Assembly: GCA_963793705.1 (NCBI GenBank)
Contig: CAWCBC010000016.1
Span: 3,908-67,907, forward strand
Direction of reading: 5' to 3'
DNA: 64,000 nt
From: an uncultured Acidobacteriota bacterium
GTDB lineage: Bacteria; Acidobacteriota; Vicinamibacteria; Vicinamibacterales; UBA2999
The position numbers were made by a program, and so were the translations under genes. The notes beneath the pieces were generated by a model, which did no database searches, was not told where the DNA came from, and was given only the letters and a program-made list of their open reading frames with translations. This document shows positions 40,626 to 49,632 of this stretch, one piece after another; position 1 is the first letter of the stretch, and each line of letters opens with the position of its first letter.

Positions 40626-40848
40626 TCAGTGCGCTTCCTCGTTCGCTGATTCGTGTAAACGACGTCGGCCACCGCTGTGTGCGCAGCAGCACGGCTCAGT
40701 TTGCGATCACAAGCGATCCGCGTACCGGTATTACACGGCTGGCGTAGGCAGCCGGTGGTCTGCTGAAGAACACCGGAGCGCGCCAGTCGGAGCGCACTTG
40801 CACGGCGCACGCCCATCCAGCGGGACCTGATGACATCCGGAGGGCGAA

Positions 40849-41519
40849 GTGACATCCATTTCCCGTCTTCTGTCGTTCACGTTTTCCGTCGCCGCCGCAA
40901 TCGCCTGCCTTGACTGCGGATCCACCGCGTTGTCACCGACGTCGCCCTTCGCGGGCGGCGCGTCCAGCGGAGCGGTGATTTCGGGTCGCGTGACCGGCGC
41001 TCCGATTCGGAGCACGGCCTCGAGCACGACTGCGGGTCCGATGGCGACAACGAAAATCACCGTCGCCATAGTTGGGACAGACATCTCGACCGCAGTTGAT
41101 GGCAACGGGCAATTCACGCTGACGGGCGTACCTCCGGGGGATGTGCAACTGAAATTCTCGGGGGCAGGTGTCGAGGGCACGATCACGCTGACCGGCGTGT
41201 CGGCTACCGATCGCATCTCCATCGTCGTCTCATTCAGTGGCAACGGCCCTCGTCTGGATAAAGGGATCGGGACGACGACGATGACGACAACGATGACGAG
41301 AACGACGACGACAACGAGCTGGATGGCACGGTGTCCGGTCTGACCGGCACCTGTCCCAGCCTGACGTTCACCGTCCAACAGACCACGATTAAGACGAACG
41401 GCTCCACGGAGTTCAAGGACGGCTCGTGCGCGAGCGTCGCCAACGGCAAGCGTGTCGAGGTCGAGGGAACCCGCCAGGCCGACGGGACAATCATGGCAAC
41501 CGAAGTCGAACTCGATTAG
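40849..41519 (+). CDS. lipoprotein with carboxypeptidase-regulatory-like and DUF5666-like domains, frame correction near 41265
   Basis: GTG at 40849 after GGAGGG. 'IACLDC' lipobox-like, 'VDGNGQFTLTGVPPGDVQLKF', a poly-Asp/Asn linker visible in the alternative frame, and the tail 'TFTVQQTTIKTN...VEVEG...ATEVELD'. Confidence 0.6.
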
Positions 41520-41556
41520 CGCGGAGCCCGCGCTCCGCTCAACGGGAAGGGATAAT

Positions 41557-41587
41557 AAGGCGGCCTCAAAGGGCCGCCTTTCTCTTG
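41557..41587 (+). terminator. Rho-independent terminator
   Basis: AAGGCGGCC-tcaaag-GGCCGCCTT followed by TCTCTTG. Confidence 0.65.
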
Positions 41588-42739
41588 CCTAACCACTGGA
41601 AGCTCACGCAGCGCCTCGCCTTCCGCTTCGGCGTCGTCTATCTCGCGCTGTTCTGCCTCGCCACGCAGATCTCCGGCAGCCTGATTCCCAACCTCTGGTT
41701 CACGTATCGCGGGCTCGGCCGGCTGTGGCCGATGCGCGAGATCACGCACTGGGTCGCGGGGACCGCCTTCGGCGTCACCGTGCCGCTGGACGACGTCAGC
41801 AGCGGCGAGACGCTGTTCTTCTGGATCCAGACGGCGTGGGTGCTCGTGGCATCCGTTGCGGCCACAGCGGTCTGGTCGCTCCTCGACCGCCAACGCCGCA
41901 GCTTCTCCGCGTGGTTGCCGTGGGTACGCCTGGCCGTCCGCCTCGTCCTGGCGGCGTCGCTGCTCGAGTACGGGATGACCAAGGTGATCCCGACACAGTT
42001 TCCCGCGCCGCCGCTCACCGCGCTGGTCACGCCGGTCGGCGACATGACGCTGAGCGCGCTGCTGTGGACGACGATCGGATCGGCGCCGGCGTATCAGATC
42101 GCCACCGGGTGCGTCGAGGTGCTGGCCGGCGTGCTGCTGCTCCTGCCGCGGACCGTGCCGCTCGGCGCGCTGCTCGCGCTGGTGTCGCTGCTGCAGGTAC
42201 TGCTGCTGAACCTGACCTTCGACATCGGCGTGAAGCTGGTGACGATGCATCTGATCGCGCTGGCGGTGATTCTGCGTGGCGCCGGTGGTGCAGGTCGCTG
42301 GCGGCCGTTGTGGCTCCGCCTCAAGGCGGACCCTACGTCGGAGGTCCGGTTAAAAGCGGACACTACGAGTACGGTCGCTCTCGTCCTGCCGATCGTGTTC
42401 GGTGCGTATCTGCTCGGAACGCAGGCGTATATCAACTGGAGCTTCTGGCAGGTCGGCGGCGGCGGACGGCCGAAGTCCGTGCTCTACGGGATCTGGAACG
42501 TCGAGCGGCTGTCGGTTGACGGGCAGGTTCGAGCGGCGGAGTTGAATGACTACGACCGCCGCTGGCGACGCGTGATCTTCGATGAGCCCGAGGCCGTCGT
42601 CGTCCAGCGCACAGATGACTCGTTCGCGCGCTACGGCGTTTCAATCGATCGCAGCAGCGGAACGCTCGCGCTCACGAAAGGTGGCGGCCGGACGTGGTCG
42701 TCGCGCTTCACCTTCGACCGCGCGTCCGACGATCGATGA
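41585..42739 (+). CDS. polytopic membrane protein (DoxX-like N-terminal half) with soluble C-terminal domain; start uncertain (TTG 41585 proposed)
   Basis: Within ORF 41426..42739: 'RLAFRFGVVYLALF...' and at least 5 hydrophobic helices. It contains an in-frame REP-like doublet. Confidence 0.55.
   Translation: MPNHWKLTQRLAFRFGVVYLALFCLATQISGSLIPNLWFTYRGLGRLWPMREITHWVAGTAFGVTVPLDDVSSGETLFFWIQTAWVLVASVAATAVWSLLDRQRRSFSAWLPWVRLAVRLVLAASLLEYGMTKVIPTQFPAPPLTALVTPVGDMTLSALLWTTIGSAPAYQIATGCVEVLAGVLLLLPRTVPLGALLALVSLLQVLLLNLTFDIGVKLVTMHLIALAVILRGAGGAGRWRPLWLRLKADPTSEVRLKADTTSTVALVLPIVFGAYLLGTQAYINWSFWQVGGGGRPKSVLYGIWNVERLSVDGQVRAAELNDYDRRWRRVIFDEPEAVVVQRTDDSFARYGVSIDRSSGTLALTKGGGRTWSSRFTFDRASDDR
42314..42367 (-). 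repeat. two degenerate REP-like hairpins embedded in frame in a CDS
   Basis: 'ctccgcctcaaggcggaccctacg' and 'gtccggttaaaagcggacactacg' translate as 'LRLKADPTSEVRLKADTTS'. Each stem has one mismatch. Confidence 0.75.
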
Positions 42740-42860
42740 GTGCTGGCGGGCGAGATGGACGGCCACAGGATTGATGCCGATCTGCGGCTGCATCGATCCG
42801 TCAGCGTTTCCGCTGCTGAACAGCGGCTTCCGCTGGATTCGTCCGCATGATCCGTAAACC

Positions 42861-43174
42861 GGGAGTTAACGGAGGTTACGGAGGTAACGGTCTCACAGGA
42901 GCAACGGAGATAACGAAGGCGAACGGAGGCTGGTTGATTCGCGGGTGAGCCGGCCTCCGGCCGGCTCTCATCGATCGAGTAAAGGGACGATCACAAGCCG
43001 ATTCTCGATGACCGCATGGGCTTGTGAATCGTCCCTTGCTCGATCGATTCGGGCGCGAAGCGCCCTCACCGCGAATCAACCAGCTTCAAAACGGCACGGA
43101 TCACCCAGGCCTTCTCCGTTCGTCCTCCGATTTCTCCGTTCCTCCTGTAAAACCGTTGCCTCCGTCCTCTCCGG
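42861..43174. repeat. ~314-bp nested inverted-repeat element: 9-bp-periodic arms (AACGGAG / CTCCGTT words) enclosing three hairpins
   Basis: The left arm 42861-42949 pairs with the right arm 43065-43174 (core 'ctggttgattcgcgggtgag' / 'ctcaccgcgaatcaaccag'). Inner hairpins lie at 42947-42967, at 42971-42999 paired with 43019-43047, and at 43051-43065. Confidence 0.8.
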
Positions 43175-43186
43175 ACTTCGCGCCCG

Positions 43187-44003
43187 TCAGTTTCGCGTGC
43201 GGTCGGCGCGCGCCCGCTCGAACTCGTCGCGCAAGCCGCGATCCGTGCGGTACCACGGCACACGCAGCCCCGCGACATTGGCGAGCATCCGTGACGGCGC
43301 GAACGCCATGCGGGCAACCCGCGTCAACGTCGTATTGCCGCGACGTTCGATGCGCCGCACGAGGTGCTCTTCGAGTGCGTCCTCGGCCAGCATCCAGCCA
43401 AATCCGACCGTGGGCGTGATGACGAGATCAACAACCCCCTCCTTCTGCGGCGACAGCCCGAGCATCGCCTCGCTCAAGGGACCAATTTCCCACTGAGTGC
43501 TGTAGGCCGCACTGAAGGCCAACGCCCGGAAGCGGCTCGGCCCAGTAACCGTCGTCTCCGGGCCGCACGACGCGGCCTCGGGCGTCGTTGTTGAGGAGCA
43601 GGCGGCCCGACATCGCGCCCATCAAGGGGTGGGCCACGTAGTTGACGAACGGGGGGCCTTGGTCGTCCCAGTGGTCAAGCGCCTTCACGTTTTCCTGCCA
43701 GTTGCGAAACATCGATATCTGCGTCAGGCGTTGGCGCGACTGCGGCTCGCCCATCAGCCGAAACGTCTGCTGCCACGAGGTCGCGTGCAGACTCTGCAGG
43801 AGCAGCGGTTTCCAGTCGATGCGGTGTGGTTCCTTCGCGGCCGCCGGCGGCCTGGATGCGGTAGGAGTGGTGTCGATGGTGCCGACCTGGCCTGTAGCGG
43901 CTTCCAGCCGGAAACGCTCCACGGTCGAGGATTGATCGTCGCTCGCGAACGATGGGGCACTCACAACGAACACAAGTGAGACAGCTAACGCAAGGGCTCG
44001 CAT
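43187..44003 (-). CDS. secreted hypothetical protein, frame correction near 43500-43560
   Basis: Signal peptide MRALALAVSLVFVVSAPSFA. The body is read across ORFs 43428..44003 and 43187..43522. Confidence 0.5.
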
Positions 44004-44119
44004 AACCAGTCCTGGGCTGACGCCGGTTGAGGTGTTACCGCAGAGAGGGAGAAGTAATTCTAACAGGCGAAACCACGGATGCCTCGCCGGTCGCGGCGCT
44101 AACGTCCGCGCCGACCGTT

Positions 44120-44515
44120 TTACCGTTTCCGGTACGTGGCTGTCGTAGAGACCGTCCGGCCCTTCGAGTCCTGTTCCCTCGTATCGACGTTCAGTGTCCC
44201 ACCGTCTGCCGATACGACTGCTGTCGCGACCGCGGCGGCCCGTCCATCGACCTTGACGACGATCTCGTAGCTGAGATCGGACAGTCTTCTATAGGCGTTC
44301 GTCAGGACGTAATCGACTCCCTGAACCGGATAGTCGTTGCCGTCGAAGCGCCCGGTCCATTCGATGTGAGTGACGCCGCCGCGGCGCCGCACCATGTCGT
44401 AGACGACGCGCAGGCCGTCGTCCCACGGCTCGATGCGCAGCGTGACCTTCTGATACGGCCACGGGTCGAACCACCTCTTTTCTGGAGGAACTTGCTGCCA
44501 GGTGCCGAACCAGGG
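44120..44515 (-). CDS. hypothetical protein, apparently 5'-truncated (no start codon upstream of the internal ATG at 44395)
   Basis: The frame is open from 44515 ('QAPWFGTWQQVPPEKRWFDPWPYQKVTLRIEPWDDGLRVVYDM...'). It is bounded upstream by a stop and two REP-like hairpins. Confidence 0.4.
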   Translation of the reverse strand, partial: PWFGTWQQVPPEKRWFDPWPYQKVTLRIEPWDDGLRVVYDMVRRRGGVTHIEWTGRFDGNDYPVQGVDYVLTNAYRRLSDLSYEIVVKVDGRAAAVATAVVSADGGTLNVDTREQDSKGRTVSTTATYRKR

Positions 44516-44532
44516 TGCCTGTTAGGAATGAG

Positions 44533-44589
44533 GGTCCGGCTAAGACCGGACACTACGGATCACGGTCCGGCTGAAGCCGGACCCTTACG
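44533..44589 (-). repeat. REP-like hairpin doublet (GTCCGGC-TAAG-ACCGGAC-ACTACG; GTCCGGC-TGAA-GCCGGAC-CCTTACG)
   Basis: Seen directly. Stems carry G/C-to-A/T compensations relative to type A. Confidence 0.8.
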
Positions 44590-44611
44590 ATCAGGAGCGC
44601 GGCGGCCGCGA

Positions 44612-44667
44612 TGAACCTGCCTAAACAAGACCTTCTGAACCCCTTGAACCTCGTGAACCCGTGAACC
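44612..44667. repeat. TGAACC word array with 8-9 bp spacing
   Basis: TGAACC at 44612, 44636, 44645, 44654 and 44662, ending 2 nt before the stop codon of 44670..45489(-). Confidence 0.75.
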
Positions 44668-44669
44668 TG

Positions 44670-45489
44670 CTATCTAACAACCTCACAGCCCGTAGGCTTG
44701 AACTTCGATCCGTTCGGCTCTTTCTTGAACGTCGAGCTGACGATGCGGGGGTTGCCGCCGTCTTCGATCGAGGTGACAACGGTCATGTAGTCCGTGCCGA
44801 AATCCGAGTGCGGCGCGAAATACTCGGTAATCACCGCGTTCTCGCTGTAGGTGTTGCGGCTCGACAGCAGATATCCGCCGGTGGTGTTCGTGGTAACGAC
44901 TTTGAGCTGTCCCCACCGGGGTGCAGCCGGTGCGGCTCCACCACGCCCGCCTCCGCCACCGCCGAAGCCGCCGGCGCGCGCGCCAGTCTCCCACGTTGCC
45001 ACCGAGTTACCCTGCAGCGAACGCTGCGCGGGAGCGGGCGCCGCCTGGCCGAAGCGCAGCGTGCGCGTCTGCGTACCAGCGTCCATCTCGATCTTCAGTG
45101 TGTTCTCGTCCACCCAGGAGATGCTGAGACGGCCGGGCAACCGCATGCTGCCGCCGGCGCCATAGACACGGCAGGGATCCGCACCGGCAGGAGGCGCGGC
45201 ACCGCGGCCACGCCCACCGGCGCCGCCAGCGGCCCGATCACCGGCATCTCGCCCGCCGGTACCTGACGGCGGCGAGTCGGGTGACATCCGCTCAATCCAG
45301 TCCTCGGTGACGAGGGAGACCCAGTAGCCGGTGAGATCAACGGGGGCGGCCGTTCGCGCTGGCGCAGGGGCCGCAGCAGGTCCGGCGCCTCGCTGCCCAC
45401 CTTCCGCGACCGCGACCGAGTGCCAGGACCGACAGGCACGCCACACCGAGGATGGCGGCCGAACGACGGATGTCAGGCAGCGTTTGCAT
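44670..45489 (-). CDS. secreted Gly-rich hypothetical protein, frame correction near 45400-45440
   Basis: The signal 'MQTLPDIRRSAAILGVACLSVLAL' (ORF 45337..45567) joins 'VDLTGYWVSLVTEDWIERM...' (ORF 44670..45446). An in-frame upstream ATG at 45510 is also possible. Confidence 0.6.
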
Positions 45490-45509
45490 TTTGAATTTTG
45501 AATTTTGCA

Positions 45510-45908
45510 TTACCTGACGTTCCCCGCCCACTCCCACGCCTCTTTCGTGGCGGTGGCCGGACGCCACACCTTGCGAACGAGGATCTTCTTATCCGTCGAG
45601 TCGCGCGCCGGGGCGCCTTCCATGAGCAGGTGGTCGCCGACCTCGAGCGTGAAGCGGTTGACACCGCCCTGCGAAAGCTGCGTGACGCCGCCCCACTCCC
45701 CGCCCCACTTCACCTTCTTGCCATCCTTCTCGGTGACTTCAATGACGATGAACGAGTGCGGGTTGCGGATGTTGAACTCCACCACATCGCCTTCGAGCTT
45801 GACGAGCTTGCCCTCGATATAGGTGCCGGCAAACGAGTGGTGCGCGGATGCAGCGGCGGTGATGACAAAGCGCCGCAACAAGCATGACGGCGAGTACTTG
45901 GATTTCAT
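45510..45908 (-). CDS. small secreted protein resembling the family PGAP labels DUF6152 (from memory)
   Basis: GAGGGA RBS plus ATG at 45908. Signal, then 'AHHSFAG...LEGDVVEFNIRNPHSFIVIEV...G..VKW'. Confidence 0.6.
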   Translation of the reverse strand: MKSKYSPSCLLRRFVITAAASAHHSFAGTYIEGKLVKLEGDVVEFNIRNPHSFIVIEVTEKDGKKVKWGGEWGGVTQLSQGGVNRFTLEVGDHLLMEGAPARDSTDKKILVRKVWRPATATKEAWEWAGNVR

Positions 45909-45922
45909 TAAGAGTCCCTCAC

Positions 45923-45975
45923 GGTCCGGTCTCAAGCCGGACACTTCCTTCCGCCTAAAGGCGGAAGCCACGACG
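45923..45975 (-). repeat. REP-like hairpin doublet (GTCCGGT-CTCAA-GCCGGAC; CTTCCGCC-TAAA-GGCGGAAG)
   Basis: Seen directly, between the MBL-fold gene stop and the downstream gene start. Confidence 0.75.
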
Positions 45976-45976
45976 A

Positions 45977-47059
45977 CTATTTCCGCGTGCTCAGGTTGCG
46001 ATAGATCGTCTCAACAAACATCTCCGCCGTCCAGTTCGGGTCGCGGTTGAAGCGCGGCTCGAACTCGTAGGTGGGGCTCGGCTTCATCCCTTTCACCTGC
46101 GCCAGCGTCATCTTCTTGTCGATCGCCGCCTGCACGCGATCCCGGATGATGGTCACCATGTCCCGGTACTCGAGCACGTCGTGCTCGTCGCCGATCCGGC
46201 CGTAGCCGGGGATCACCATCGTGCCGCCTTCCTGGTTGTGCTTCGGCACGGTGATCTCGAGCACCATGTTCAGCCCTTCGATGATGCCGTTGATGGTGCC
46301 GCCGTGCTCGACATCGATGAAGGGGAAGCTGGCGTGATTGAAGATCTCGCCCGTGGCGACGACGTCTGACCCGCGGAACCAGACCAGGCTGTCGCCGGAG
46401 GTGACGGCGTTGGGCACGTGCAGAATCACGACCGGCTCGCCATTCGAGTACAGGTCCTTCGACTTGCCACTGTAGGTGCTGGGCGGCCACCGTTCCACGA
46501 TGATCTTGGCGCGCCCGATCTTCGTCATCAGCGCGAGCAGCCGTGCGTGGCCGATCAGGTCGGCCTCGTTCGGCCGCTGCCCGAGGCCGGGGCCCGCCTG
46601 ATTGAGGCGGCCCTCCTTGATGAGCATCGCATTCGCGCCAGTGTGGGCATCGGCCAGTGTCGTATTGATGATCGTCCGCAGCGTCCTGCCGGGAGCCAGC
46701 TTTCGGATGGCCGCCACGACCTTGCCGCTCATCTGCTCGTAACCCGTATCGACCAGCAGCACGCCGCCATCGCCGATCTGCACCGCGATGTTCCCGCCCG
46801 CGCCGGCGATCAGGTGCACCTTGCCCTGGACCGGCAGCGTCTCGACCTCGAGCTTCGCCCAGTCCGGCTTCTGCGGGAACGGCACCTGCTTCGGCGTCCG
46901 AATCTGCGGTTGTGCGGGATTGGTCTGCTGCTGCGCAGTGCTGGCCTGCTGCTCCGCAGTGGTGATCCCCACCGCACAGAAAGCCAACACCACGGCACAC
47001 GCGGTGGCCGTTCGCGAGCGTCCGCTTTGGAAGTTGGGAGTTGGCGGTTGGGCGTTCAT
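45977..47059 (-). CDS. MBL-fold protein (exported) with degenerate metal-binding motif
   Basis: Overall MBL-fold pattern ('VHLIAGAGGNIAVQIGDGGVLLVDTG'). However, 'NTTLADAHTGAN' stands where NTHxHxDHxGGN is expected. Confidence 0.75.
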   Translation of the reverse strand: MNAQPPTPNFQSGRSRTATACAVVLAFCAVGITTAEQQASTAQQQTNPAQPQIRTPKQVPFPQKPDWAKLEVETLPVQGKVHLIAGAGGNIAVQIGDGGVLLVDTGYEQMSGKVVAAIRKLAPGRTLRTIINTTLADAHTGANAMLIKEGRLNQAGPGLGQRPNEADLIGHARLLALMTKIGRAKIIVERWPPSTYSGKSKDLYSNGEPVVILHVPNAVTSGDSLVWFRGSDVVATGEIFNHASFPFIDVEHGGTINGIIEGLNMVLEITVPKHNQEGGTMVIPGYGRIGDEHDVLEYRDMVTIIRDRVQAAIDKKMTLAQVKGMKPSPTYEFEPRFNRDPNWTAEMFVETIYRNLSTRK

Positions 47060-47061
47060 CA

Positions 47062-48063
47062 CTACTGACGGCCTCCCGCTCCGGCGCCACGTCCACCAGC
47101 TGGCGTTCCACCGCGCCCGCCGGCTGGCGCCGCGGGTCCCTGTCCCCTCCCTGCTGGAGCGGCAGGAGCCGGAGGATCCGCGTTCGGATCGACGAACACC
47201 GCCACCGGAAGCTTCTTCAGCCGCTCGCGATACTCCGGATACATCTGCTCGGGTCCGCCCAGCGTCGCTTCCTGCGGCAGGTTGTGTGTCGCGGCGTATT
47301 CCGCCATCCAGATGTTCTGGCCCGGCAGATAGTGCGGCACCTCACCGCGTGCTCGCTCTCCTTCATCGACGTACTCGCATGGCCAGAACGGGTTGAAGGA
47401 ATTCGGATTGGCGTTGAGTGTGAGGTCCTCGCTCTTGATCAGCGGCTCCGCAAGGAAGATCGGATCCTCGGTGACGCTGATGTGCGTCCACACGTTGCCG
47501 TTGCGAATCCAATGTTCGATCGTCGTCACCTCGTCGCTCGACGGGATATTTTCGCGTCGGTGCCACCCCTGCTTCATGTGCGTGGTGGTAATTGTCAGCA
47601 TGTTGCCCTGCCACACGCCCGTCGAGAATCCCATCCACGTGTGCGGTGTGTTCGGTCCAGGGTGCGGCCGGCCGTCCATCCAGATCGTCCGCTCCTGTTC
47701 GTAGGTGCCGATCGCTTCGTGAATCGCGATCAACTGGTGAGTCACCGGGTCGCGTTCCTCCCAGATCCGCGCCGCAAACGGCCCACGATGGATGTAGTGG
47801 GAGACGTGAACCTGGCACTGATGCTCGGTCAGCGAGAGGCGGCCGGGGCGATACGCGAGCCCCCATTGCCGCGCCTGGTCGTTGATCGGCAGCCCCATGA
47901 ACTCGACGAGCGACGGCCCCGCCGCGCGCTCAGGGCCGTCTTCGGCGTTGGTATTGCCGTTCCAGACACCCGTGAAATCGACCTGGGCCGACGCCGGCAC
48001 GCTATAAAGCAGCCCGGTCAGCAGTAAGGGTAGTATGAGCGTCGCCCGACGCGCAGTGGACAT
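47062..48063 (-). CDS. secreted hypothetical protein with Gly/Arg/Pro-rich tail
   Basis: Internal ATG at 48063 gives the signal MSTARRATLILPLLLTGLLYSVPASA. 333 aa. The stop abuts the MBL gene start. Confidence 0.7.
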   Translation of the reverse strand: MSTARRATLILPLLLTGLLYSVPASAQVDFTGVWNGNTNAEDGPERAAGPSLVEFMGLPINDQARQWGLAYRPGRLSLTEHQCQVHVSHYIHRGPFAARIWEERDPVTHQLIAIHEAIGTYEQERTIWMDGRPHPGPNTPHTWMGFSTGVWQGNMLTITTTHMKQGWHRRENIPSSDEVTTIEHWIRNGNVWTHISVTEDPIFLAEPLIKSEDLTLNANPNSFNPFWPCEYVDEGERARGEVPHYLPGQNIWMAEYAATHNLPQEATLGGPEQMYPEYRERLKKLPVAVFVDPNADPPAPAAPAGRGQGPAAPAGGRGGTPAGGRGAGAGGRQ

Positions 48064-48174
48064 GCACGGGATGGTAATGAAATTACCCTTCCGCTGTCGA
48101 TGCACTGGTTGTAAAACCTGCCTCGCCGAAGCCGCGAAGCGGCGGAGGCGGGACTTGTCTGATCGTGAGGCCGC

Positions 48175-48978
48175 ATGAAGCCGGTCGCCCTCGTCGCCAC
48201 GCTGCTGCTCGTCGCCGCCGGGTCGGTGGCGGGTCAGTGGCTGAAAGTGCCCACGCCGGGCATCCCGCGCACCGCAGACGGCCGGGCGGACCTGACCGCG
48301 CCAGCGCCCCGGGGCGCGAACGGAAAACCGGTCATTGCCGGACTCTGGCGGCCGACGGCGAGGCTCATCGAAAACATCTCGCGCGGCATGAAACCTGGTG
48401 AGACCGTGCCGTTCCAGCCGTGGGCCGAGGCGCTCTTCAAGACGCGCGTCGCCAACGACGCCAAAGACGACCCCACCTCCAACTGCATCGTCGGCGGCGT
48501 CCCGCGCTCGGACTTCGTTCCCTACCCGTTCAAGATCGTCGAGACGCCAGGGCTGGTCACGATCCTCTACGAGGCGGTTCACTCGTTCCGGCAGATCTTC
48601 ACCGACGGCCGCAAGCTGCCGCAGGATCCGAATCCGGCGTGGTTTGGCTATTCGATTGGACGCTGGGAGGGCGACGCGTTCGTCGTCGAGAGCTCGGGGT
48701 TCAACGACAACGTCTGGCTCGACAACGCCGGCCGGCCGGCTGGCGAGGCGCTGCGCGTCATCGAGCGATTCCGCCGCACCGACTTCGGGCACATGGTCAT
48801 CGAGATCACGATCGACGATCCGAAGACCTACACGCGCCCGTGGAACGTGACCGAGCGGCTCCTGTACCTGCCGGACACGGACATCATCGAGTACATGTGC
48901 ACGGAGAATAACCGCTACTTCCGGATCGTTCCGGATGCAGCGCCACCGGGTGCGCCTCTGTCAAAGCCGAATCGTTAG
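48175..48978 (+). CDS. secreted hypothetical protein, 'GRWEGD' family (paralog of 49633..50501 and of the C-terminal part of 61641..62659)
   Basis: 267-aa intact ORF with signal peptide and 'WFGYSIGRWEGDAFVVESSGFNDNVWLD...'. Confidence 0.75.
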   Translation: MKPVALVATLLLVAAGSVAGQWLKVPTPGIPRTADGRADLTAPAPRGANGKPVIAGLWRPTARLIENISRGMKPGETVPFQPWAEALFKTRVANDAKDDPTSNCIVGGVPRSDFVPYPFKIVETPGLVTILYEAVHSFRQIFTDGRKLPQDPNPAWFGYSIGRWEGDAFVVESSGFNDNVWLDNAGRPAGEALRVIERFRRTDFGHMVIEITIDDPKTYTRPWNVTERLLYLPDTDIIEYMCTENNRYFRIVPDAAPPGAPLSKPNR

Positions 48979-49005
48979 TTACTGGGATCCACCACGATTC
49001 GCGTT

Positions 49006-49590
49006 CTAGTTCAGGTCGGGCGTCTTCAGGGCTTCCGCGTGCCAGGCTTTGTTCCGCACATGCGTGCGGGACTTGATCCGCCAACCTTCGGCGGTCTTCA
49101 CGTAAACATCCTCATACCCGCCGTGTCGTTCAATCGTCCCGGGGCCGCGCATTCCCAGTTGCACCAGGTAGACCCTGCCTTTGGCTCCCTCCGGCGTCGC
49201 CGTGATTTCATGGTTGAGCATCAGGTGGCTCCAGTCGGTCCAGACCTGTTTGGTCTTGCATCCCTTGGCGCCCCCACCGATCAACTCCGCGAGCGCCTGT
49301 CTCCCTCGGGCAAGGACACGACCGCCGGCGGCGTAACCGGCGTCAGAGTTCCGGTCGGTGAATACGCCGTCGGGAGTAAACACGTTGGCGTAGTCGAAGC
49401 CGTTGCCCCCGCAGGTATCGATGCCGTAGGCGTACCGATTGATGAGTTGCGTAATCTCGGCATAGTCCTGGGCCGTCAGCGAAATGCTTTGAGCCGAAAC
49501 CACCAGGTTTGCCGTCTGGGCGCGACCCGCCCAGAACGCTGCGACGACGAGTACGGCGGTGCCGAGTCTGGAAAGCATCTTCTTCAACAT
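49006..49590 (-). CDS. SnoaL-like/NTF2-fold secreted protein
   Basis: GGAGG RBS plus ATG at 49590. Signal peptide, then 'DYAEITQLINRYAYGIDT...' typical of SnoaL_4-like proteins. Confidence 0.65.
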   Translation of the reverse strand: MLKKMLSRLGTAVLVVAAFWAGRAQTANLVVSAQSISLTAQDYAEITQLINRYAYGIDTCGGNGFDYANVFTPDGVFTDRNSDAGYAAGGRVLARGRQALAELIGGGAKGCKTKQVWTDWSHLMLNHEITATPEGAKGRVYLVQLGMRGPGTIERHGGYEDVYVKTAEGWRIKSRTHVRNKAWHAEALKTPDLN

Positions 49591-49632
49591 GGAGCCTCCG
49601 TTGGCGGATTCGGAAGTATAAGAAGGATCGTG

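Noticed and set aside
39217-40692. 491-aa ORF on the minus strand
   Set aside because: It is antisense to the well-supported DUF1552 gene and has an Arg/Ala/Leu-rich shadow composition typical of high-GC antisense frames.
42876-43079. Short ORFs across the nested inverted repeat (for example the 67-aa ORF on the minus strand; 'NGGYGGNG' or 'TEVTEVT' readings)
   Set aside because: The periodic peptides are a by-product of the 9-bp DNA repeat. The ORFs cross hairpins and have no start context.
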